DNA of 24,762 bases from a virus (Duplodnaviria; Caudoviricetes). The DNA is taken from positions 1 to 24,762 of IMG/VR virus record IMGVR_UViG_3300044448_001125; one strand, given 5' to 3'. The position numbers and the translations under genes were made by a program. The notes below the pieces were generated by a model. It had not been told where the DNA came from. It searched no databases and worked only from the letters and a program-made list of their open reading frames with translations. Positions 10,198 to 17,722 of this stretch are shown in pieces. Positions within the stretch are counted from its first letter, which is position 1. The number at the start of each line of letters is the position of its first letter.

Positions 10198-11390
10198 TAC
10201 TTTGTGCTTTTTATTCTATAAATAATAGAAATATCATTAATAGCAAAATTAGCATCTGTAGACGTACCGCCAACAACTAATTGAAAGCTATTAACATTAT
10301 TAATAGAGCTAACAGGTTTTAACTCTGCTTTTAGCCAGTCAGATGTTCCTACAGAGGAGCCATGCAATGGAGTAGTAGAATCTGTTGCATTTGAAGAAGA
10401 ACCATCAGAATTAATTTTGTAAAAATTTCCAAGAGTTCCTGCATTTTCTCCATTCACTCTGTATCCAATAGTAATTCCGCTACCATCACCCTTGTAAGAT
10501 ACATAAACTTTGTATATTTTTTTTCTTACAGAAGGATTTCCGAAGTCGATGTCCATACTTTTTAAACTAATATTGGATTTTGTAGAAGATGCATCAGAAA
10601 AGGTTTTAGGAGTTAATGATGTAACATGAACTAAGTCTTCATTGTAGTCATTAATAAAGTTTGATTTTACAGCATCTGCAAATGTTGTATTATGGCCTTT
10701 TACCCAACTAGATGTTATCATATCATATATATAACAAGCACCTACTCCCGAATCACTACTAGAATCAACAATTATTAATTGACGTTTTTTTGGCAAATAA
10801 CCAATCATTGGAGAATGTGTGCCTATAAAAGAACTCCAAGTATCTTGAGATACTCTCTGTATTCCTTGTTTTTCAAGTAAGTTTCTTATATTTTGACCAT
10901 CGTACAAATAACAACCATGTTTATTTACCCAAGCTATACCAAAATCTGTTCTGCATACAGCAGCAGGATTATTTACGCCTTTATGAACGTGCTTAGACTC
11001 TAAAAACTCAACCTGACCACCTACATTTATACAATATAAAGTATTTTTTTTATATTGAAATATTTTATCACCATACTCCGCTAGCGCAGTTATTTCTTCA
11101 CCATCATTAACTGCCGCTTCTATTTTATTAAATGTTGCAAAAGAGTCAAATTGATTAACAACAGACTTATACATAGCATCGCTTTCTACTTTTATAGAAC
11201 CCCTTCTTCTAGAAAAAGCTTGAACATTAGCCACATATGCAGTTCTGTTTACGACAACAACGTGTTTGTATTTTAAATCTACTTTAAATTCATCTTCAAC
11301 GTGCATTGGCAGTCTTTCTATTAAAACAGGGGTTGGAAACCTGTATCCTAAATGATATTTACCCGGATTCATTTGTGCATAATTAGCCAT
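10197..11390 (-). CDS. Tail tubular/nozzle-like protein, C-terminal-type part (397 aa)
   Basis: Beta-propeller-like segments (GEEITALAEYGDKIFQYKKNTLYCIN; GIAWVNKHGCYLYDG; YIYDMITSSW) and the ending DIDFGNPSVRKKIYKVYVSY...INDISIIYR, characteristic of P22 gp10/T7 gp12-position proteins. Confidence 0.7.
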   Translation of the reverse strand: MANYAQMNPGKYHLGYRFPTPVLIERLPMHVEDEFKVDLKYKHVVVVNRTAYVANVQAFSRRRGSIKVESDAMYKSVVNQFDSFATFNKIEAAVNDGEEITALAEYGDKIFQYKKNTLYCINVGGQVEFLESKHVHKGVNNPAAVCRTDFGIAWVNKHGCYLYDGQNIRNLLEKQGIQRVSQDTWSSFIGTHSPMIGYLPKKRQLIIVDSSSDSGVGACYIYDMITSSWVKGHNTTFADAVKSNFINDYNEDLVHVTSLTPKTFSDASSTKSNISLKSMDIDFGNPSVRKKIYKVYVSYKGDGSGITIGYRVNGENAGTLGNFYKINSDGSSSNATDSTTPLHGSSVGTSDWLKAELKPVSSINNVNSFQLVVGGTSTDANFAINDISIIYRIKSTK

Positions 11391-11845
11391 TACAACTCCA
11401 CATATATTCTTTTTATTTTATCAAGACCCATATCTCTATGCTTTGGTTTGACAAGCATAATTTGTTTTTCCCAAAGATTGCCATATATATTAGTGTATTT
11501 TATAAAATCCCAATTTTCAAGTTTTTTATTGCTGTAGACATATCGCTTTACAATTTTATCTCTATTTTTATATAAGTCATTTCCACTCATTTTTATTACT
11601 TCTGGAATATATTGAGATATTTGCGTGTCAATTGGTTTGCCATCTTTTTCTTTTTTATTGTAAAAACTTTTTAAAAGAGGCTCCCAGTCTTTTTTGTTAT
11701 TATAATTGTCGTATACTGCAATATCATAATCTTTAAAATCTTTTTCATTTCTTGCAAAACTACCTGTTAAATAAAAAATAAATCTATTACCATGTTTTAT
11801 TTTTAAATTACTAACTATAGAATTAACTACTTCCACCATAACCAT
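11390..11845 (-). CDS. Small Pol-beta-superfamily nucleotidyltransferase-like protein (~149-151 aa)
   Basis: FYLTGSFARNEKDFKDYDIAVY matches the hG[GS]x(9-13)DhD signature, with a candidate third Asp in PIDTQI. Overlaps both neighbours and is visibly more AT-rich than they are. Confidence 0.75.
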   Translation of the reverse strand: MVMVEVVNSIVSNLKIKHGNRFIFYLTGSFARNEKDFKDYDIAVYDNYNNKKDWEPLLKSFYNKKEKDGKPIDTQISQYIPEVIKMSGNDLYKNRDKIVKRYVYSNKKLENWDFIKYTNIYGNLWEKQIMLVKPKHRDMGLDKIKRIYVEL

Positions 11846-13553
11846 CCGATTTATTTAAGTCTGTAAACAAGATAACACCAGAATCTGTTATTGTAACTTC
11901 ATTTTCTGCTCTTCTCATAATATTAAAGTTTTCATCTAATAATTCAACAGAAAATTTGTGTAAACCCGGAGAAGGATTTATAACATTAAATGTTTTTGCT
12001 TGTGCAGATGTACTGCTTAAGTCAACCTCTTGATAAAGTGGACTATTTTGAAAGCCTAATAACCTTAAAGTTCCAACTCTATTTACACCCTTAGATTGTT
12101 CTAAATTTAAGGTAGCAACACAAGTATTGTCTTCAGCTTGACCATCATAAGATTCAGTATCTGATTGAGTAGCTAAAGACAAAGAGTCTGCTGTGCTTGT
12201 AGTTTTCCAATAACCCGCTAATGTATTGCCACCAGCAGATGTAATGTTTGCCCCTGCATCAGAATTGTATGTTTCCCAACCATGTTCTCCGCCTTCAAGT
12301 AAATCGAATTCTTTCAATAAAAACCACTCATCTGAAGTATATGCTTTTGTATAAAGCCTAACTCCAATTATTCTTTCATCAATCAAGGGATGACCATCAG
12401 ATTCAGTAATACTTGAGTCGTCTAAATCTGGGTGAGTTATATATAGTTGAACATTTAATATTTCTTCATGTATTTGTAATGGAGAAGAACCTACAGTTGA
12501 TATTGGCCCTTCTTGATTGCCTTCATAAACAGGTGTTAATCCTATCCAGTAAGAACCATTCCAAAAGCCAGAATCGCTTTCTGTTGCGGTAAACCAGTAA
12601 GCAACTATTATTTTATTTACAACATTAATTTGGCTTGAAGTAGGAGAACTGCTATTAGCATCATAAAGTTCCATTGTGACTCCAAGATTGTCAAGCGACC
12701 TTAGATGTTGTATGTTGTTATACCATTTATGAGTTTTATATGCAGAATCTCCAGCGTTGGTTTGAAAAAAGTTTTCATTTATATATCCATACCATTGATT
12801 CATATTTATTATAAAAATATCTTTATTATTATCGTGTTGAACTATTTTAGTGCCAAATAAACCCCTAATAACTGTTAAATCATGTGTAGCTTTAGATTTT
12901 ACATAAATTATTTCATCTTCTATTTTTAAATAATTTCCAACTAAAAAATGAGCGCCATTATCAACTGTTAAAGTAGTATCTGTAGATAGAAAGTGACTTG
13001 CGTCATTAATATCTGAACCTGAATCATATGTTTTAAATTCTCCAGTTGAAACCCTAAGAACTCCATCAACAGAATAAAAACATGGCCTTGCAACAGCACC
13101 TGTTGATTTTCCTAAAAATTGAATTGGGCCTTGGTCTGTATCTTCCCAAACATCAGACCAAACATCACCATTAAGAGTGTATATAAAAACACTTGGGCCA
13201 ACAGATGAAGTACCTGCTGAATCGTCATACAAACAAAGATAGCTGTCTCCTGATTCAGCCACAAAAGAAGCTCCGTCTGAATTTGCATATCTAGCTTGTG
13301 CGCCTCGCCTATCGTGACTAAAAAAGAAAAAACCACTTCCACTAACTTGTGTAAACGCAGAACCATATGCATTCCCATCAATTGCTGGAGCATCAGAATG
13401 ATTAACAACAGAACCCATAGTTCTAATTAATCCAACTTTGTCAACCATTAAGTTTGTAACTTCAACAAACTCATCTTGCTGTATGTCTCTTGGGTCGGAA
13501 TTATCGTTTATTCCTCCATGAAATCCTTCGATTTTGTATACATTCTTTGGCAT
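11823..13553 (-). CDS. Tail tubular/nozzle-like protein, N-terminal-type part (576 aa)
   Basis: Begins MPKNVYKIEGFHGGINDNSDPRDIQQDEFVEVTNL. The FxGGxN...P start is typical of podovirus nozzle/stabilisation proteins, and the gene follows the adaptor genes. Confidence 0.7.
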   Translation of the reverse strand: MPKNVYKIEGFHGGINDNSDPRDIQQDEFVEVTNLMVDKVGLIRTMGSVVNHSDAPAIDGNAYGSAFTQVSGSGFFFFSHDRRGAQARYANSDGASFVAESGDSYLCLYDDSAGTSSVGPSVFIYTLNGDVWSDVWEDTDQGPIQFLGKSTGAVARPCFYSVDGVLRVSTGEFKTYDSGSDINDASHFLSTDTTLTVDNGAHFLVGNYLKIEDEIIYVKSKATHDLTVIRGLFGTKIVQHDNNKDIFIINMNQWYGYINENFFQTNAGDSAYKTHKWYNNIQHLRSLDNLGVTMELYDANSSSPTSSQINVVNKIIVAYWFTATESDSGFWNGSYWIGLTPVYEGNQEGPISTVGSSPLQIHEEILNVQLYITHPDLDDSSITESDGHPLIDERIIGVRLYTKAYTSDEWFLLKEFDLLEGGEHGWETYNSDAGANITSAGGNTLAGYWKTTSTADSLSLATQSDTESYDGQAEDNTCVATLNLEQSKGVNRVGTLRLLGFQNSPLYQEVDLSSTSAQAKTFNVINPSPGLHKFSVELLDENFNIMRRAENEVTITDSGVILFTDLNKSDGYGGSS

Positions 13554-14206
13554 TATCTACTTGAAACCATAAAAGGAGCAAGTGCATTTGCATATTCAGA
13601 TAACAATTCTTGATATTGCGCTCTATGCATAGCTACTACTTCACTATCTTCATCTTCATTAAAAAAAGTTATTTGCCTTTGTTTAAGTCTTGCGCTAGCA
13701 CCTAAAACCAATGCGTGTTCTAGCTCGTTTGGAAACTTAGCAACAGTATCAGCACTATGTAATATTGTAGGATTTTCCATAGAATAATATCTACTTGGAT
13801 TTGCGCTTGCCGGCTCAGGATATACATAAACATCATTATCATTAAAAGTCCACCTTGGAGATTCGTCTGTTGCAAAAAATATACTGTGAGGATTTTGAAT
13901 TTTTCCTTGTAATGATGCATCTAAATAAACACAGGAAACATATAAATCAGTGGTATCATCAGACTCTCTTCTTTCAACCAATACTATTCTACTGTTTTCG
14001 ATGTTGCTAGCAATTGGATTTGAAGTAACATTAGAAGATTTAGTTGCAAATTGCACTAAAATATCAGGATTTACTTTATTTATTATATCGCTAGCAGTAT
14101 CTTGCAAAGCATCTTGAATTGCTTGTTCATTTGCTGAGGCATTATCGCTTCCAACACTTGCAGTAGCTCCTATTATATCTTCTATTCTTACTTGAAAAGT
14201 AGCCAT
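13553..14206 (-). CDS. Head-tail adaptor / tail tubular A-like protein (217 aa)
   Basis: Helical N-terminus, VYVYPEP motif and C-terminal FPNELEHALVLGASARL, all typical of adaptor proteins. TAATG overlaps at both ends. Confidence 0.65.
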   Translation of the reverse strand: MATFQVRIEDIIGATASVGSDNASANEQAIQDALQDTASDIINKVNPDILVQFATKSSNVTSNPIASNIENSRIVLVERRESDDTTDLYVSCVYLDASLQGKIQNPHSIFFATDESPRWTFNDNDVYVYPEPASANPSRYYSMENPTILHSADTVAKFPNELEHALVLGASARLKQRQITFFNEDEDSEVVAMHRAQYQELLSEYANALAPFMVSSR

Positions 14207-15123
14207 TAGTCATCTGCTCCTGTAGTATTTTCAATAGAACCATTTCTTGTAGTTACAAATACCTGCATTGGATTTGGAATCAAATGAGGCATAGGTTCTT
14301 TTGCGCGTGATGTTTCCATGTAGTCTTGCTCTATCTTTCTTGCCAATCCCATATGCCCGCTACCAACTTGAAGATTTCCTCCAAGATTTAAAAAATGACC
14401 CAAAGTGCAATGTATTGCCGCTGGAATTAGTTGTTGAGGAAGGTCAACCCTACTTGATAAGCTAGTTTTTTCTTCTGGGCTAGCATAGTAATAAACTCTA
14501 AGGCCATTATCTGAGCTAGGATTTTTAGTTAAATATAACTTATGCGTGTTTTGTTGCCATACGCCACCACTTGAATATGCTGTTGTTACACTTGAAGAAT
14601 CAACTGCTACAGAAAAATTATTATCATCAACTTTTGTTACGGCTAGTCGCTTGCTATTTAAGTGAGAAACTTTGCTAGCGGTTACATAGTGACCTTTTAT
14701 TTCGCTAAATATAACAAAGTCGCCAGTTGCCAGTCCATGAGAATTAGACGTTACTACAGTTGGGCTTGCTCCTGTCACGTTTGTTATAGACCCATTTGAA
14801 ACATCTGTTTTGATATAATAACCAATTTTAGATACTTCATCATCATCTACATTAGATATAATTGCTGATTCATCTACAAAAGGAACATCTGTCTGGTCTA
14901 GTTCTACCTTGTATATTTGCCCAGAGTAATTTGCTTTTGTAAAAATATACTCTTTACCGCTAGCAGTAAATGTTTGTGAGTCTTTTTTACGAACTGCCCT
15001 CATTGCGATTTCTTTTATTGCTTGGTCAAAGTATATCTCAATTAAATTATGAGACACAGGCAGTTCTATTCCACCAGCTATAACCCCAGCATCAATAAGT
15101 TCGTATGCTTCTTGGTATCGCAT
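14206..15123 (-). CDS. Head-tail adaptor-like protein with an inserted beta domain (305 aa)
   Basis: Adaptor-like frame (IEIYFDQAIKEIA...LRVYYYASP...DLPQQLIPAAIH) interrupted by ITNVTGASPTVVTSNSHGLATGDFVIFS...VTKVDDNNFSV. Confidence 0.65.
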   Translation of the reverse strand: MRYQEAYELIDAGVIAGGIELPVSHNLIEIYFDQAIKEIAMRAVRKKDSQTFTASGKEYIFTKANYSGQIYKVELDQTDVPFVDESAIISNVDDDEVSKIGYYIKTDVSNGSITNVTGASPTVVTSNSHGLATGDFVIFSEIKGHYVTASKVSHLNSKRLAVTKVDDNNFSVAVDSSSVTTAYSSGGVWQQNTHKLYLTKNPSSDNGLRVYYYASPEEKTSLSSRVDLPQQLIPAAIHCTLGHFLNLGGNLQVGSGHMGLARKIEQDYMETSRAKEPMPHLIPNPMQVFVTTRNGSIENTTGADD

Positions 15124-15244
15124 TTTTCTTTCTCTTTTTACGTTTTTTACGAATACGAGATTTTTTAGTGCCTAACGTGGTCATCAATCTTGATGAACCA
15201 TCGCTAAACTTTGTTGCTCCAGTTCCGTATGTTATATCTTTCAT
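15092..15244 (-). CDS. 50-aa basic protein resembling the MCP N-terminus (not in ORF track)
   Basis: ATG 15244 to TGA 15092: MKDITYGTGATKFSDGSSRLMTTLGTKKSRIRKKRKKRKKNAIPRSIRTY. Weak AGGT RBS. Fills the gap between MCP and adaptor. Confidence 0.8.
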   Translation of the reverse strand: MKDITYGTGATKFSDGSSRLMTTLGTKKSRIRKKRKKRKKNAIPRSIRTY

Positions 15245-15255
15245 ATTTCAACCTA

Positions 15256-15281
15256 TTTGAGGGCGGTTGCCCGCCCCCAAA
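15256..15281 (-). terminator. Strong hairpin after the MCP stop (terminator/attenuator or 3' stabiliser)
   Basis: Minus strand TTTGG-GGGCGG-GCAA-CCGCCC-TCAAA forms an 11-bp stem with one G-U pair and a GNRA tetraloop. There is no following U tract, so termination is uncertain. Confidence 0.55.
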
Positions 15282-15293
15282 CGATTATTAGGC

Positions 15294-16754
15294 TTAGACC
15301 AGCTTTAGAACAGCATGGGTTTGTTCGTTACGAACTTCCATACCAACTTCCATTAGCCACTCGTCAGTTTGACCATCGCGACCATCCTGAACGATGTCTT
15401 TACGAAGTTGCATATCGCGACCAGCCAAAGGACGAACTGAAAAGTTCGCAGGGTCAATCGCAATCGCATAATCTTCATATGCGCCTTTTAGATAAGGATG
15501 AGACACAAAGTCAAGCTCACCAACAGGGCCGAGATAAGAACGAACTCTTAATCCACCCTTGGTTTCTTCACCAGAATCATAGAATCCAGTATCTGCACCT
15601 CTTGTCATGGATGCTAACTTAACCATCCACTTATTTGATGCAAAAACTGTTTTTCTCATGCTACCTGCTACCATATCTGAGAATATAAATTCAACAACTG
15701 AATCCATATCATTCAATGCACCACTAGAGTAGTTTAATTGCAGATTTGTGTTGTCATATCCATTTAAAGAAGTGATAGACCCATTAGAACTACCTAGGCC
15801 TATGCCTTGGAATGTTCTTTTTGGATTTTCTGCACTAGCATCAAGAGAAATAGCTCCATTGGTAAGCATAGCAAACTCAATGTCACCTTTTATCTTAGCT
15901 AGCTTTCTAGCTTGCAACCTTGAAAGCTCAGGGCCACCATACTGTTGCGACACCTTTGCAGTGTTGGTTATTGTGTATGGCTCGCGAAAAATTTGCGTAC
16001 AGTTTTTCAACCTACGTACCTTTTTACGAGTTTCAACCCCAACAGCAGAACCTTCAGCAATTCCAGCTATTCCATTTTCTCTAATGAAATAGTCAGCATC
16101 AGCAAAATTAGCTTCTCCGAAACCATTGCTTCCGCTATGATTTTGATAGCCATAATAAGATGTTGCAGTTCCAGCATCGTAAAATAGACCAGCATTTGCA
16201 ACATAACTTAATGTTAGCACACCAGAAGCGTCTGCCGTAATAAGGTCTGAGCCATCAGCGCAAGCTTCTACTAAATAAGCATCAAGACTACCATGAACGT
16301 GCGCTCCAACAAACTGAGCCATTTTATCTGTTGCGCTAGCATGATTTACATCCTTACCAACAGCAATGCAAATAAAATGAGTAACAGCAGTTTGAAGAGC
16401 TGCTGAACCACCTGCAATGCTAGCAGAATAAATACCACCAACTTCAAACAGTTCCATTTGAGCTTGTCTTTCTGCAATTAAGATTGTGTGATGACCATTA
16501 ATGCCACCTGATGCCGTATCAGCAACATCTGTAGAAGTTACATTAAACTTCTCGCTTTTTTTAATCATGTACTCGTCTTCCATCCACTCAAATATAGGGA
16601 CTGGAGTCAAAACTGACTGTTGTCCAAAAAGTGAGAAAATGGGAGTAACATTTGGATTGTAGTAGTGGATTTTGTCACCTAATTCCAAGACCTGTCTTTG
16701 AGACCCGTCTGAAAATTGTAACGCAGTTCCAGCACCATAACTAGTTGTAGACAT
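15294..16754 (-). CDS. Major capsid protein (HK97 fold, DUF5309/SU10-like; 486 aa)
   Basis: GGAGGT RBS, follows portal and scaffold. Motifs TPIFSL...FEWMED, NCTQIFREPYTITNTA, KIKGDIEFAMLTNG, RTFQGI and the C-terminal EVGMEVRNEQTHA. Confidence 0.9.
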   Translation of the reverse strand: MSTTSYGAGTALQFSDGSQRQVLELGDKIHYYNPNVTPIFSLFGQQSVLTPVPIFEWMEDEYMIKKSEKFNVTSTDVADTASGGINGHHTILIAERQAQMELFEVGGIYSASIAGGSAALQTAVTHFICIAVGKDVNHASATDKMAQFVGAHVHGSLDAYLVEACADGSDLITADASGVLTLSYVANAGLFYDAGTATSYYGYQNHSGSNGFGEANFADADYFIRENGIAGIAEGSAVGVETRKKVRRLKNCTQIFREPYTITNTAKVSQQYGGPELSRLQARKLAKIKGDIEFAMLTNGAISLDASAENPKRTFQGIGLGSSNGSITSLNGYDNTNLQLNYSSGALNDMDSVVEFIFSDMVAGSMRKTVFASNKWMVKLASMTRGADTGFYDSGEETKGGLRVRSYLGPVGELDFVSHPYLKGAYEDYAIAIDPANFSVRPLAGRDMQLRKDIVQDGRDGQTDEWLMEVGMEVRNEQTHAVLKLV

Positions 16755-16778
16755 TTCTACCTCCGTTTATGTTACAGC

Positions 16779-16809
16779 AATGCTACAATCCTATATAGAT
16801 TATAGCACT
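16779..16809 (-). promoter_or_regulatory. Stem-loop between the scaffold stop and the MCP RBS
   Basis: Minus strand AGTGCTATAATC-TATATAG-GATTGTAGCATT forms a 12-bp stem with two G-U pairs. Confidence 0.5.
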
Positions 16810-17698
16810 ACGTATTTGTATTATTAAATTCCATAATTCCTTTCCAAAAATCATCAACTGCTTTTTCTTCAGGTTCAATAGCTTGAGGAGCGTTACCACT
16901 TACAGAGGCCGCGCTATTCTGCTTGTTTTTAACCTTTGGAGCCTGTTGAGCTACTTCTGGTTTGGAATTATTCCCTTTGTTAGACAATGTTTTCCAAATA
17001 TTAACTAAGTTCTCCTGAGATACATTATTTGGGTCAGCCATAAATTGTCTATATTCAACAATATCTGTATCGCTTAACCCCATTTTCTGTAACTCTATAG
17101 TCTCTGCGTCAAATGCCTGAGACTCAGTAAGTTCAGACTTTAACTTTTCAACTTCTAGCATGGCTTGAGTAGCGCCCTGACTTATAAGCCATTGGTCATG
17201 CTCTGCTCTCCATTTTGCGGAGCTAGAGTTATCAATGCTTTCATCGAGAATATCATAATCATCTGGCTTAACAGGCGGTGCATTCATATCCCTTTGTTTT
17301 TCTTGAACTGATTCTGTCAGTTTTTGAACTACATCTGGATTATTTGAAAGAAATTCATCTAATTGCGCTAACTTTTCATACTTACCTTTTTCAGCAGTCC
17401 ATTCGTTTTTATCTTTATCAGACTTTGACTGAAGTTGTTTGTATGCGTCAGCGAGTTTTTGAACTCCTTCTTCATCATTTGCGAATTTATTCTCAATTAA
17501 CCATTGCTCAACCTTAGATTGTTCACTTGGTTCTTCATTGTCATTATTCTCATCAGGTTTAGTTTCTAGAACTTCTTCTTCCTGAGGTTCTTCAACCTCT
17601 GATTCCGGTGAAGAGCCTGAGTTGAACTCATCAAGTTCAGCTAAAAGGTTATCTTCGTTCATTACTTCTTCCTGATTGTTTTGGTCTTCATTTGTCAT
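16808..17698 (-). CDS. Capsid scaffolding protein (296 aa)
   Basis: AAGGAG RBS. Very acidic and coiled-coil-like (KLADAYKQLQSK), located between portal and MCP. Confidence 0.8.
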   Translation of the reverse strand: MTNEDQNNQEEVMNEDNLLAELDEFNSGSSPESEVEEPQEEEVLETKPDENNDNEEPSEQSKVEQWLIENKFANDEEGVQKLADAYKQLQSKSDKDKNEWTAEKGKYEKLAQLDEFLSNNPDVVQKLTESVQEKQRDMNAPPVKPDDYDILDESIDNSSSAKWRAEHDQWLISQGATQAMLEVEKLKSELTESQAFDAETIELQKMGLSDTDIVEYRQFMADPNNVSQENLVNIWKTLSNKGNNSKPEVAQQAPKVKNKQNSAASVSGNAPQAIEPEEKAVDDFWKGIMEFNNTNT

Positions 17699-17722
17699 TC
17701 GATGCTCCTTTAAAGTTATCCG

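Noticed and set aside
11390-11845. IS element, intron or complete MNT-HEPN toxin-antitoxin pair
   Set aside because: No transposase, terminal repeats, room for intron RNA structure or adjacent HEPN gene is visible.
15092-15296. T7 10B-like frameshift or readthrough fusing the MCP to the 50-aa ORF
   Set aside because: The MCP stop is followed by further in-frame stops, and the small ORF's frame has a TGA two codons before its ATG.
16754-16810. Scaffold-MCP readthrough stimulated by the hairpin after TAG
   Set aside because: The two ORFs are not in the same frame (56-nt offset).
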